From positions 24,793-88,792 of the IMG/VR virus record IMGVR_UViG_3300012940_000022: a stretch of DNA of 64,000 nucleotides; one strand, given 5' to 3'. This document shows positions 48,884-59,300 of this stretch, piece by piece (positions within the stretch are counted from its first letter, which is position 1; each line of letters starts with the position of its first letter). The translations under genes and the position numbers were made by a program. Under the pieces are notes generated by a model that saw nothing but the letters and a program-made list of their open reading frames with translations, was not told the DNA's origin and did no database searches. The stretch comes from a virus.

Positions 48884-49110
48884 GACGCTGTGAACCCTGC
48901 AACGGAACCGGCTGGGCGCAGACCGCCGAAGACCACATCATGCGCGGGATGCGCGAGGGCATCTGTTGCGCCCGGTGCAACGGGCTCGGCCAGGTGGCGG
49001 ACACGCCCGAAGAGATCGCCAAAGAGCAAGCCGGCCGGAAATACAAAATGCACAGCATCAAGGTCGGCACCGCCAATTCCGCAAGGAAGAAGCAGGCGGT
49101 GCTGGGATGA
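48880..49110 (+). CDS. Small DnaJ-type zinc-finger protein
   Basis: CEPCNGTG...CARCNGLG. Confidence 0.7.
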   Translation: MRRCEPCNGTGWAQTAEDHIMRGMREGICCARCNGLGQVADTPEEIAKEQAGRKYKMHSIKVGTANSARKKQAVLG

Positions 49111-49370
49111 CTGCGCAAACAATGGAGATCGAGGTGCGCATCCGCCGCGCCTGGCTCGTCAAAGCCGCCGTACAGATCGCCGAATTCCTCGAGCCTGAGC
49201 GTGGGTTGCGGTTGCTCAACTGGGCAGCTGGGCTAGCGCGCCCCGAATATCGCACGAGCGACCGGCATGACAACGGGCGATGGAAGCCGATGCGGCCGCT
49301 GCGTTTCGTGCGCTCGAGCGCAGCCGACGGGTACGAGTTCGCCGCCGGCCTCACCGAGGACGGTGACTGA
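49107..49370 (+). CDS. Hypothetical protein
   Basis: Coupled overlaps at both ends. Confidence 0.6.
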   Translation: MTAQTMEIEVRIRRAWLVKAAVQIAEFLEPERGLRLLNWAAGLARPEYRTSDRHDNGRWKPMRPLRFVRSSAADGYEFAAGLTEDGD

Positions 49371-49588
49371 TGACTCGGTTCAGCGTTGATCAGGAAGTGC
49401 GAATCCTTCCAGCGAGCGGCATGCCTGGAGCCGGCGGGCTCGGAACCGTCGTGCGCGCGGGCGTCAAGACCCCGTTCTCGAACGACTGCCTCGCGGTGCG
49501 CCGCCACGACGGAACTGGAACCGGACTCTATCTCGATCGAGACCTCGCTCCGGCCACTCAGCCTCGCGGAAAGCGAAAACTCCCATGA
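49370..49588 (+). CDS. Small SH3/KOW-like protein
   Basis: FSVDQEVRI...GLGTVV. Confidence 0.6.
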   Translation: MTRFSVDQEVRILPASGMPGAGGLGTVVRAGVKTPFSNDCLAVRRHDGTGTGLYLDRDLAPATQPRGKRKLP

Positions 49589-51330
49589 GCATCAAGAAGA
49601 CCGACAAGATCATTGCGCCGTCGCGCCTGACCGACGCGGTCGCGCTAACGCTGATCAGCAAGCTCGATCGACCTGATGACAAAGACAGACGCGCAATCGC
49701 GCAAATCAAGAAGCGCACCGGCCAGATGGGGATCGATGGTGCCGTCGCAGCGGCGCAGGCACTCTGGGAGACCGGCAACCTTACATCGCCGCGATGGAAC
49801 AATGACTACAACATCGCTGGCGTGGCCATCACCGGCGACGATGTCGTCCAGCCGTTCACGATCCGCAGTCCCGAGGACGGCATCGACCTTTATCTCCAAT
49901 GCCTCTACTCCGCCGTGAAGCACGAGCGATTCGACGACTTCCCCGTTCCGGCAAGCACCGAGCAATGGTTCGCGGCGGTGTGGATGCCGAAGGTCACCAG
50001 CCGGACCTACCCCAAAGTCGAGACGATCGACGACCTGAACATCATCTACGACAACGGCCGCGCATCGTGGGCCGAAGACCCGAAGTACCAGGACGACGTT
50101 CCGGCGCGCGGTAATGCGTTTATGCCGGGCCTACCGGATCAAAACGAATTCACGCTACCCGTTGACCATCCACCGACTCAAGGAGGCAAGCCCGTGACAC
50201 GAGGCAAAGTTCCCCGGCCGCCGATGATGACGGCGTACACGTCCGGTATTCCCGGTCAGAGCCGCAATCCGACCCTGTGGCCCGATCGCCGCAACCACAT
50301 CATCGGCACGTTCAAACACACGCCGGTCGGCTGGTTCTACGGCACGATCCAGTACTACGGCGGTTCAGCGGCGCTCGGACTCACCGATTACGTGATGGGT
50401 AGCCCGTGGGACGGCGACGAGCTCGACGGCGTGATCTGCGAGTGTGTCAACCCTGCGGGCGGCGTCGTGCCATACGCCAACGGCACCATCGGGCAGGTGC
50501 ATCCTCCCATTGCTGCGATTCAGGCGATTCTCAACAAATACAGCGGGCAGTACAGCGCCGATTACATCATCAATGGCATGTTCCGTTCGATCGAAGTTGG
50601 CGATGGCGGCGTGCCGACCCGCGACCGCACCGCCAAGCAAATGGAGATGCTGGCGTTCCTGATCGCGTGGGTGCACAGCGAGCAAGCGGGGCAGAGCGCC
50701 GATGACTTCGCCAACGCGTTTTTGCACAACCAGACGGGGACAGATCACACTGGCTGTCCAGGGCAGTACATCGAGCGCGTGGCGCCGGCGGTCGACAGGC
50801 GGGCATGCGACATCATGCGGGCGTACCAGGATGGGGCGCCGCTCAATCCTCCGCTGAGTGTCGTCTACCCGCCGGGGTGGACGGGTGGCATCATCCCGCA
50901 ACCATCGCCGACAAAGACCTACGCCAAACCGCAGACGTGGGCGTTTCTCGACCCGGATGACCCCGGCTATCAGGAGAGTCATCGCAAGAACAGCACGGAG
51001 CTGATCAGCCTGATCGAGCGCACGGGATCGACGATCGTGCTCACCGCGATTCGCGACACCCCGCGTTACGCCACGGCCAACACCGAAGGTGCGGAGGCGG
51101 GCGGACCAATCAAGAAGGGAACGAAGCTCGAGCTCAACTACGTGCTGCGCTCCGGCATGCAACCGGTGTCGTTCGGCATCACGAAGTTCGATGACGAGAC
51201 GAAAACCGGGGGGACCCGGATCAAGCTCGCCGACTTCCTGCCGAAAATCCAGGTGTCCAAAAGCGGCACGATCTCGATCCGTGAGACGGCGAAGAGCGAG
51301 CCGACGGTGTACCCGGCGAAGGACGGGTGA
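49585..51330 (+). CDS. Endolysin: GH73/glucosaminidase-like plus amidase_2-like domains
   Basis: AQALWETG, NIAGV, WAEDPKY; then KHTP, SIEVG, Q...LAFLIAW, H...TGCPG. Confidence 0.8.
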   Translation: MSIKKTDKIIAPSRLTDAVALTLISKLDRPDDKDRRAIAQIKKRTGQMGIDGAVAAAQALWETGNLTSPRWNNDYNIAGVAITGDDVVQPFTIRSPEDGIDLYLQCLYSAVKHERFDDFPVPASTEQWFAAVWMPKVTSRTYPKVETIDDLNIIYDNGRASWAEDPKYQDDVPARGNAFMPGLPDQNEFTLPVDHPPTQGGKPVTRGKVPRPPMMTAYTSGIPGQSRNPTLWPDRRNHIIGTFKHTPVGWFYGTIQYYGGSAALGLTDYVMGSPWDGDELDGVICECVNPAGGVVPYANGTIGQVHPPIAAIQAILNKYSGQYSADYIINGMFRSIEVGDGGVPTRDRTAKQMEMLAFLIAWVHSEQAGQSADDFANAFLHNQTGTDHTGCPGQYIERVAPAVDRRACDIMRAYQDGAPLNPPLSVVYPPGWTGGIIPQPSPTKTYAKPQTWAFLDPDDPGYQESHRKNSTELISLIERTGSTIVLTAIRDTPRYATANTEGAEAGGPIKKGTKLELNYVLRSGMQPVSFGITKFDDETKTGGTRIKLADFLPKIQVSKSGTISIRETAKSEPTVYPAKDG

Positions 51331-51605
51331 TGTCGGATCCTACCCGCAACGACAAGGGCGAGTTCGTCGATGACGAACAGGCGCTGGCGAATCTCTGCCT
51401 CATGCTCGGGCGACTCACGGAGCAACTCGCAATAGAAGTGGCCGCTATCCATGAGGCTGCCTATCGCCGTGCAGAAGCAACCTACGTCAACGGTCTAGTT
51501 GGGCAGGCGCGATCGGTGCAGCAGTACGCGCTCTCCGTCAATCGATGGAAGGGCGCGAAGAGCACGAGTGGATCGACGATCGAAGAAAGCGAGCACAGCG
51601 AATGA
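51327..51605 (+). CDS. Hypothetical protein
   Basis: Coupled to endolysin stop. Confidence 0.6.
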   Translation: MMSDPTRNDKGEFVDDEQALANLCLMLGRLTEQLAIEVAAIHEAAYRRAEATYVNGLVGQARSVQQYALSVNRWKGAKSTSGSTIEESEHSE

Positions 51606-51703
51606 AGCATCTCTGTGACGGCTGCAATGGCGAATTCGAGTGCTGCTGCCCGGTCTGCGGATGCGGCAGATGGCGACCACTGAAACGGCCTCGTCGTCGG
51701 TGA
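51602..51703 (+). CDS. 33-aa Cys-rich peptide (not in ORF track)
   Basis: MKHLCDGCNGEFECCCPVCGCGRWRPLKRPRRR; ATGA and GTGA overlaps. Confidence 0.5.
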   Translation: MKHLCDGCNGEFECCCPVCGCGRWRPLKRPRRR

Positions 51704-51777
51704 ACTGGCTGCCGATCGTGATGGCGATCGCGTTTTTGATTGCGGTGCTCTGGGCGACCAGAGAGAAGGGTGAATAG
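51700..51777 (+). CDS. 25-aa single-TM peptide (not in ORF track)
   Basis: VNWLPIVMAIAFLIAVLWATREKGE; ends 3 nt before holin. Confidence 0.5.
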   Translation: MNWLPIVMAIAFLIAVLWATREKGE

Positions 51778-51780
51778 GAA

Positions 51781-52197
51781 ATGAATAGGTCTCGACCGAT
51801 TGTCCAGCTTTGGAAGTGGTTCATTGCCGCGGCTGCGATCGCCTTGGTGATCGTGCTCACGGTACAGCTTGCTGCCGCACAAGAGGTCACAACCGATACC
51901 AGCGAGATCGGCGGCATCCCGACGAACATTCTCATGTGGGGCACCGTCATCGGCTTTCTCGGCTCGCCGTTTATCTCCGCGCTGAATCGCCAGAAGTGGA
52001 GTTCTGAAGTCAAGGCGCTCTCGGCGTTTGTGTGGTGTTTCGTCGGGGCGCTCGGCACGGTGTACTTCAGCGACAATTTCGACGTGCAGAACCTCGCAAC
52101 GACGTTCCTCTTCACCTTCGTGACCGCGATCAGCAGCTACGAGAAATTCTGGAAGCCGACCGGGATCGCCGGCAAGATCGAACGGGCGACCGGCTAG
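51781..52197 (+). CDS. Holin
   Basis: Several TMs; ALNRQKWSSEVKAL...YEKFWKPTGIAGKIERAT is typical of actinophage-type holins. Confidence 0.8.
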   Translation: MNRSRPIVQLWKWFIAAAAIALVIVLTVQLAAAQEVTTDTSEIGGIPTNILMWGTVIGFLGSPFISALNRQKWSSEVKALSAFVWCFVGALGTVYFSDNFDVQNLATTFLFTFVTAISSYEKFWKPTGIAGKIERATG

Positions 52198-52329
52198 CAG
52201 CGGTCATCCATTCGTGCGATCAGCCGATTTTGGTCGAATCTGTACGCCAAAGAGCGCTGGCGATACTCCGTTGGCGCTCTTGTTATGATCCCGGAAAGCA
52301 TGAGATCTTCTTCACGTAGGAAGCAGACA

Positions 52330-52854
52330 ATGGACGCATGGGCTTTCGGACTAGCGGCTTTTTCAGTCGTCTTTTCTGGAATTTTGGGTTTCGGAAGTGC
52401 CTACTTTGTGTCGTCAAAGCAGCGCCAGTGGGAAAAGCAGGACGAGCGACGTCGAGAGCATCAAGCAATCCTTGAAGAAATCAACGACATCGTGACACGC
52501 TTGCTTGCCATTAGCCTGCGAGTTCCGTTTATTGCCTCGCGATTGAACTTGAGCATTCGCCATCTCTGCGGCTTCGATCTACCAGCAGCGTTCATTGAAG
52601 CGATATCTCTATCGCTCCGTGCGGCCAGCCTGAGCCGCAGCATCGACGACAAACCCCTCAAGGAATCAATAGAAGCATTAGCGAACACTCTGCGAAAGGG
52701 ATTGACTGAGAACGAGAGTAATAACTTCAGCGCTTGGCAAACGACTATTCAAAGCAAGTCCCGGCAGGTATTGCAACGCGTTGACGAGTTGAGCGCGAGA
52801 CCAATCGGGCCTCCGAAACGCCAACGAAGATGGCGAAGAATGGCACAAAATTAA
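52330..52854 (+). CDS. Membrane-anchored helical protein (moron)
   Basis: N-terminal TM then RQWEKQDERRRE; less GC-rich. Confidence 0.7.
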   Translation: MDAWAFGLAAFSVVFSGILGFGSAYFVSSKQRQWEKQDERRREHQAILEEINDIVTRLLAISLRVPFIASRLNLSIRHLCGFDLPAAFIEAISLSLRAASLSRSIDDKPLKESIEALANTLRKGLTENESNNFSAWQTTIQSKSRQVLQRVDELSARPIGPPKRQRRWRRMAQN

Positions 52855-52944
52855 ACAAGCGCTCACAGCATGATTCCAAATCATCATTATGCAATTCTGT
52901 GATTCAGTTGTCGTTCAAAACCTTTCTTGAGGGGATCAACTAGT

Positions 52945-53406
52945 ATGGAAGAGCCTACGCTCACACGCGCCGATCAAACATCGGGATCAGCGCCGATCGC
53001 CGCTATCCTCGAACTGCTCCGTCAGCGATGCCCGGAAGCCGAATACGTCCATGCGCTGCGCGTCGCGAGTGGCGCTCGAGACAACGCGACTCGCCTGGTC
53101 GCACTTGCTCATGACCTGGTCGAAGACGGCTATGCTACTTGGGATGAGATTGAACGCGCGCTCAATGAATACGCGGGCGAGTGCCTCCCGGCACTGAAGC
53201 TGCTCACCCGAACCGGCGAGCCGTACGAGGATTACATCGCCGCGATCGGCACCTCCGGCAATCGCATCGCGCTCACCGTCAAGGCGCTCGACCTGCTCGA
53301 TCACCTTTCGCCGGCGCTTTGGCCGACGTTGCGAGAAGACCGCATTGACCGGTATGTCGAAGCCTTGCGCATAGTTACGATCAACGGGCGAGCGCTCGCG
53401 CGATAG
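52945..53406 (+). CDS. Small HD-domain protein, RelA/SpoT (Mesh1/SAH) hydrolase-like
   Basis: YVHALRV, AHDLVED, LLTR...YEDYI...VKALDLLDHL. Confidence 0.8.
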   Translation: MEEPTLTRADQTSGSAPIAAILELLRQRCPEAEYVHALRVASGARDNATRLVALAHDLVEDGYATWDEIERALNEYAGECLPALKLLTRTGEPYEDYIAAIGTSGNRIALTVKALDLLDHLSPALWPTLREDRIDRYVEALRIVTINGRALAR

Positions 53407-53477
53407 GCCGTCTTCAGTGCGCCAAGATTGCGCCGGCCTACTCGCCGTGGCATTGTCTTCCACATAGGGAGGCTTCT

Positions 53478-53888
53478 ATGGACGACGAGACAACGATCAA
53501 GCCACAGCAATCGATTCGCCGCTTCGATGTATTCGCCGAATTTGCCCGGCAGGAGCGTATTGAAAAGGGCGACGCCCCAGACGTCGCCAAAGGTGAGGGC
53601 ATCTGGCGGGCGAAGGTTGTCGCATCTCGATCAAGATCGAAATCTGACGACGAGAAAAGCGAAAGTGGCGCGAAGCCCGACCTGCCCAAAACCAAGTTCA
53701 AGTCCCTAAGCGGGAAAGAACAGAACGACCGCGTGTTCGATGAGGAAATCATCGACCGCATGGGCGAGATGTTTTACGAGCAGGTGTTTGCTCCAGCCAT
53801 TGAGCTCGCGCGGAAAAAGGGCGAGAAATACATGGACGTACGCGATTCGATCCGAGAGGATTGGCAGTTGCCGAAATCCAGGAAATAG
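53478..53888 (+). CDS. Conserved hypothetical protein
   Basis: GGAGG RBS; IRRFDVFAE...FYEQVFAPAI. Confidence 0.8.
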   Translation: MDDETTIKPQQSIRRFDVFAEFARQERIEKGDAPDVAKGEGIWRAKVVASRSRSKSDDEKSESGAKPDLPKTKFKSLSGKEQNDRVFDEEIIDRMGEMFYEQVFAPAIELARKKGEKYMDVRDSIREDWQLPKSRK

Positions 53889-53985
53889 CGGCTCTGTCCT
53901 CGCTGAATTGCTACGATAGGATCACCGCCGATCGGTCTACGGCGGCCGCCCGCATCTGCCACCGCAGCACTGCGGGCACTTCGTT

Positions 53986-55182
53986 TCAGCTCATACGACC
54001 GGCCTTTCGCAGGTTGACTCGCCGTCCCATCACTGCGTAGTACGTGCGTCCGAGAAGTAGCGCTATTTCCACCGCCGATTGCTTTGGATGATCAATGATC
54101 CATTGGTCCTCTTCGGCCGACCAAGGCTCATTCGTGTTCCGAGCTTGGTCCTTGGTCTGCTCCTGGGATGTAGTCGTAAATTCGTGAGCTTTGTCGAGAT
54201 CATCAAGCCTCGCTTCGCGCGGCTTCTCGTGCCATTCCCGACGCATACGCTCCTTGTCAGCTTCCCGGAATTCTCTATTTCGCTCGGGATGCGACTGTCT
54301 CCACTTCGCTACATAGGATGTGCTGAGAGAACCGGGGGCGCGATCGGCACGGCGATTGCGGGCACGCTGGCGTTCTCGCTCTGGGATACAAGCGGGATGT
54401 GTCTTATGGGTGAGATTGTTGACGGCAACCGGCTGACCGCACACATCGCAGGACGTCCAGTAGAGTCGGCAAACCCACTGTCCATTTCGGAGCTTTCGCC
54501 GAGATGCAGCGACGGTGAAATACGGGGCGGCTATACGGGTCGCGAGATCAGTTGTTGGCTCGTCATCTGAGGCGTTCAGAATAGCCCGCAGTTGATCATC
54601 AGTGAGTAAGTGGACTTCTCGTTTCTTGCGCCCAGATACCGATTGAAGAGTTGGTTGCGGGTGCGCCGATTCGTCCAATGCGAGATCTTCTTGCCGGACA
54701 GATTTGCGCCGTGCACGTTGTGACAGTGGAACGTCTAGCTGTTTCCTGATTTTATTGCGTTGAGCCTCCACCGCTGTGACTGTACGCCCGAGCGATCGCG
54801 CGACATCGATCGCGGGATCAGCAAGATGCTGGATCATATATGCGCGGTCAATGGCGGACCAGCGCTTGTGCTTCGACCGGGCCTCGGCGGTGCTTTCTAT
54901 TTTTGCGCGATGCGCAGTAGCAACGTTCGCTTTGTTGGACGCAGTTCGGCAGCGAGGGTGTAATTTCTGCCGAGCGTCGCGTGCAGCAAAGAGGCCGCCA
55001 CAATAGAGACACGTTCGCCATTGCAATCGGCAGACGTACCCTTCTGCATAGCGTTTCCGATAGAAGAAAACAACGTGCCGCGGTATGCCTAATGCGGCGG
55101 CCAAGGTGTCATCCGGTGCATCAGATGGCGCCCAGACAATTTGAGCAATCACCTCATCAGAGTATTTCGGTGGTTTCGGCAT
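53986..55182 (-). CDS. Tandem (2x) HTH + Zn-finger + Myb-like protein (paralog B)
   Basis: WRTCLYCG..HPRC, WSAID..LGRTVTAV; WTSCDVCG..HPAC, WSAEED..LGRTYYAV. Confidence 0.8.
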   Translation of the reverse strand: MPKPPKYSDEVIAQIVWAPSDAPDDTLAAALGIPRHVVFFYRKRYAEGYVCRLQWRTCLYCGGLFAARDARQKLHPRCRTASNKANVATAHRAKIESTAEARSKHKRWSAIDRAYMIQHLADPAIDVARSLGRTVTAVEAQRNKIRKQLDVPLSQRARRKSVRQEDLALDESAHPQPTLQSVSGRKKREVHLLTDDQLRAILNASDDEPTTDLATRIAAPYFTVAASRRKLRNGQWVCRLYWTSCDVCGQPVAVNNLTHKTHPACIPERERQRARNRRADRAPGSLSTSYVAKWRQSHPERNREFREADKERMRREWHEKPREARLDDLDKAHEFTTTSQEQTKDQARNTNEPWSAEEDQWIIDHPKQSAVEIALLLGRTYYAVMGRRVNLRKAGRMS

Positions 55183-55579
55183 CGACACGTTCCTGTGTGA
55201 TCCACCACCGCTCAACCGTGTCGAGCAGTGCCACCGTCTCGAGAGACGTCAACGAGTGCAGACGCTGGATCAAATCGTCGGCGTCCGCGATTCCGAACCG
55301 TATGTGCGCCCCATCGAGTTTGATCGCATCTTCGATCGAGACGACAAAGAGGTGTGGCTGGTAATCCATGCCGGGTGTGCCGGCGATGGCTTCGCGCATC
55401 AGCGCCCATTCATTGGGGTCGGCAAAGAACTCGTGCACGCGTAGCCTGGCCTGATTGATCAAGACGTAGTACCGAGTAAGGTCACGCGCGGCCACTTGGC
55501 CCGGAGAATCCCCACGAGCGTGGAGTTCCGGTTCGATGGCCGTACTGCGGAATTGAATCTGTGTCGGACGGTTGCTCAT
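55157..55579 (-). CDS. Possible ribbon-helix-helix DNA-binding protein
   Basis: QIQFR beta strand then two helices (PELHARG, GQVAARDLTRYY). Confidence 0.55.
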   Translation of the reverse strand: MSNRPTQIQFRSTAIEPELHARGDSPGQVAARDLTRYYVLINQARLRVHEFFADPNEWALMREAIAGTPGMDYQPHLFVVSIEDAIKLDGAHIRFGIADADDLIQRLHSLTSLETVALLDTVERWWITQERVDAETTEIL

Positions 55580-55896
55580 TCGATATCGATCCCATACTTG
55601 TCGCTCATTTCAGCAGATAGATAGCGACGAATGACATACACGATGTCACCGCTCTCTTCGGTCATTAGTGCCTCGAAGTCCTGATCATCCTCGGCGAACA
55701 CATCAGCAATGTCGATTGTGGGGATCTCGAAATCAGGCCAGCCAATGGATTTTGCTGCTGTGTACCGATGAGCACCGGTCAGAAGCTGATCTTCGCCCCA
55801 GCGAACCAGCGGAGCTCCGTACCAGCCGCTCGCTTCCATCGCATTGGCGAGCGCTTGGACCTTTGCCAGATTCTCGGGTTCGTGCCAGGTGATCAT
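55576..55896 (-). CDS. Short ParB/Srx N-terminal domain protein
   Basis: KVQALANAMEASGWYGAPLV...LLTGAHRYTAAK. Confidence 0.75.
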   Translation of the reverse strand: MITWHEPENLAKVQALANAMEASGWYGAPLVRWGEDQLLTGAHRYTAAKSIGWPDFEIPTIDIADVFAEDDQDFEALMTEESGDIVYVIRRYLSAEMSDKYGIDIE

Positions 55897-55937
55897 TGTC
55901 GAGACCCTCACTCGGTGTTCGTTCGCCCTATGGCAAT

Positions 55938-55973
55938 CCTATTGTATACCATTGGTATACCATGGTCAATAGG
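55938..55973 (-). promoter_or_regulatory. Sigma-70 promoter with operator repeats
   Basis: TTGACC-17-TACAAT on minus; GTATACCAT twice, 11 bp apart; CCTATTG/CAATAGG flanks. Confidence 0.8.
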
Positions 55974-56040
55974 GAGGCTAGACCGTGACCTCTCGACACA
56001 TCTTGTAATCTCCCCGAGCAGCAGTATCATAGTGCTTACG

Positions 56041-56060
56041 ATTAGAACATTAGTTCTAAT
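56041..56060 (+). promoter_or_regulatory. LexA (Cheo-type) SOS box upstream of dnaE2 operon
   Basis: ATTAGAAC-ATTA-GTTCTAAT; TATCAT -10 just upstream. Confidence 0.85.
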
Positions 56061-56080
56061 GCCGCAGAAAGGGAGACATC

Positions 56081-56314
56081 ATGCCGGGCCTCACCAAACT
56101 CTTCGCCGGACCGATTGAAAAACAGGACCTCGACCGCGCCTGGGCGGACTATGAAGCGGCGCTCGCCGCTGACCCCGATCTCTGTGACGGCGAGGAAGCG
56201 GAGCGCTGGATGAGCAATCCTGCGAACGCGACCGAGCTCGAGGAACTCGCCACGAAGTTCCAAATCAATCGGGTTGCCGGCGATCCGGACGACCTCTCAG
56301 ACATCCCCTTCTGA
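56081..56314 (+). CDS. 77-aa acidic protein with SSB-like C-terminal tail
   Basis: AAAGGGAG RBS; ends GDPDDLSDIPF. Confidence 0.8.
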   Translation: MPGLTKLFAGPIEKQDLDRAWADYEAALAADPDLCDGEEAERWMSNPANATELEELATKFQINRVAGDPDDLSDIPF

Positions 56315-56388
56315 GCTAGCCGCACTCGGTCGCTGACCGGGTGAGTGATTGAAACCTCACATCTCCAGACACGACAAAGGACGCAGCG

Positions 56389-59300
56389 ATGACGAAGGGT
56401 GGGTACGTCGAGCTGCACCTTCATACCTCGTATTCCTTCCTCGATGGTGCCAGCCAGCCGGAAGAGCTTGTGCTCCGCGCCAGGGAGCTTGGCCTTCCGG
56501 CGCTAGCGATTACCGACCATGACGGGCTGTACGGCGCGCTCGAATTCGCGCGGATGTGCCAGGCAGCCGGCATCCAGCCGATCACCGGCGCCGAGATCAC
56601 GCTGATCGACGGCACGCATCTGACCCTCCTCGCGGAGACGCAGGAGGGCTATCGCAATCTCTGCCGACTGCTGACGGAGGCCCATCACACGGTGCGGGCC
56701 GGCGCCGAACCGGTCTGGGGTGATGACGAACCGCCGATCTGGCACACCCTGCCGCTTGATAACGGACGCTGGCGTCACCATTACCGGGAGCCGGAGACCG
56801 CGCCATGGCTCGACCCTGCCCTGCTTCCACGTTACGCCCGCGGGCTGATTGTGCTCACCGGCTGCCGGAACAGTCAGCTCTCTCGGCTTGTCGATGCGCA
56901 TCGCATGCGTGATGCCGCCGCCCTGCTCGAGCAGTACATCGCCTGGTTCGGCCGGGAGAACGTCTTCGTCGAGCTGCAACAGAACTGGGTGTTCGGCGAT
57001 CGTCCCCGGGTGCAACAGTTAGTGCGTCTCGCCAAAGCCGCTGGCGTCGGCTACGTCGCGACCGGCGACGTGCACTATCACCGCCGCGATCGCCATCGCC
57101 TGCAGGATGTGCTCGTGGCGATCCGCCATCGCACCACGCTCGACGGCAGCCATCGCCAGCGGCGGCCAAACGCCGAATTCCACCTTGCCTCGGCCGACGA
57201 GATGCGTCTTCGCTTCGCCGATTATCCCGAGGCCATCGATGCCACACTGGAGATCGCCCGGCGCTGCGCTTCCTTTGACCTCAATACCGACCTCGGCTAT
57301 GTCTTTCCGGATTATCCCGGCCTTGCCGAGGGCGAGACGCCGGACGACGCGCTGCGCCGGCTCTGCACCGCCGCCTTCTCTACCCGCTACCCGGCCGGAT
57401 CACCGCGTTTTCAGGAAGCGACCGAGCGGCTCGAAGAGGAATTGCGACTCATCCGGCAGCACAAGCTCGCCGGTTTCTTCCTGATCCACTACGACTTGCT
57501 GGAACTGGCGCGCGAGGTGGCGGTCGAGATTCGCGGCGCCGCTACCTATCGCGCCAGGGCCTTGCTGCCGCCGGGACGCGGCCGTGGCTCGTCCGTCTCG
57601 TCAATCGTCTGCTACCTGATCGGACTCTCACCGGTCGATCCGCTCGAGCACGGGCTCAAGATCGGGCGCTTTCTCAATGACGGCAGCTCCTCGGTGCCGG
57701 ACATCGATCTCGACTTCCCGCGCGACATCCGCGAGCGACTGCTTGAACGGATTCATGCCGACTATGGCAACCGGGCGGCAATGGTCTGCGCCTTCGCGAC
57801 CTACAAGCTCAAGTCGGCGGTGCGCGATATCGGCAAGGCGCTCGGGATTCCGATCAGCGATCTTGACCACATCGCCAAGGGGGCCGAGCCGCATTCGGCG
57901 ACCGAGCTCGGACGGGAGCTAGAGCGCATCCCGACGTACGCGCAGCGCAAGACCGAGCCGCCCTGGTGCTACCTCGTAGAACTGGCGGAGCAGCTCGCCG
58001 GCCATCCCCGGCACATCACCCAGCATTCCGGCGGCATGATCGTCTCGTCCGGGCCGATCACCGGTATCGTGCCGGTGCAGCCGGCGGCGATGGAAGGGCG
58101 CTTCCTCTGCCAGTGGGATAAGGACTCCTGCGACGATGCCCGCTTCGTCAAGATCGACTTTCTCGCGCTCGGCATGCTCTCCGCCGTCGAAGAATGCATG
58201 GATCTGATCGGCCGCTCCGGAGCGCCCGTGCCCGATCTCAGCCGCATCGATTACGCGGACGAGGCGATCTTCGAGATGATCCGCGCCGGTGACACGCTCG
58301 GCACCTTCCAGATCGAGAGCCGCGCGCAGATCCAGACGACGCTGCGCACGGCACCGGCAACGCTGGCGGACATCGTGGTCCAGGTCGCGATCGTGCGCCC
58401 CGGTCCGGTGGTCGGCGGTGCGACCACGCCGTACATCCAGCGCCGGCGCGATCCCGACTGGCAACCGACCTACGACCATCCGCTCTTGGAGCCGGTCCTC
58501 CGCGATACGCTCGGCGTCGTCGTCTTTCAGGATCAGGTCTTGGAGGTGGCCCAGGCCTTAGCCGGGTTTACCGCGGGTCAGGCTGACTCACTCCGGCGGG
58601 CGATGACCCGCAAGCGCTCGAACGAAGCAATCGAGGCGCATCGCCAGGATTTTTACCGGGGAGCAGACGCGAAGGGGGTCGATCGCCAGACAGCGGAGCT
58701 CGTCTTCGAGAAATTGCGCGGCTTTGCCCAGTACGGCTTTCCGCGCGGACACGCGGCCTCGTTCGGGGTGCTTGCGTACCAATCCTGTTACCTCAAGCGC
58801 TATTACCCGGCGGAGTTTCTCTGCGCGCTGCTCAACAATCAGCCGATGGGTTTTTACCCGACCCACGTGCTCGCGCATGAGGCGCAGCGCCGCAGCATCG
58901 TGCTCCTGCAACCGTCGATCAACACGAGCGAGGTGCGCTCGAGTGTGCCGGGCAAGGGCATGGTCCGGATCGGGCTGGGGCAGGTCAAAGGCCTGAGCGA
59001 CGAGCAGGCGGAGCAGATCGTGCGTGAGCGCGAGGCGCATGGCCGCTACCAATCGCTGGGCGATTTCGTTCACCGCGTGGTGTTGCCGCGTGAGCTCACC
59101 CAACGCATGATCCAGGTCGGCGCGTTTGACGAGTTCGGGCTGTCTCGCCGGGAGTGTGCGTGGCAGCTCGGGCTCTATATCGAGCCGCGTCGCTTCGGCA
59201 CCGAAAAAGGCACGACGAACCGACGGCGCAAGAAGGACCGGATTGCCGGCATGCAACAGCCCCTGCCGTTGCCGGTCGAGCAGGATATGGTGCACCTGCC

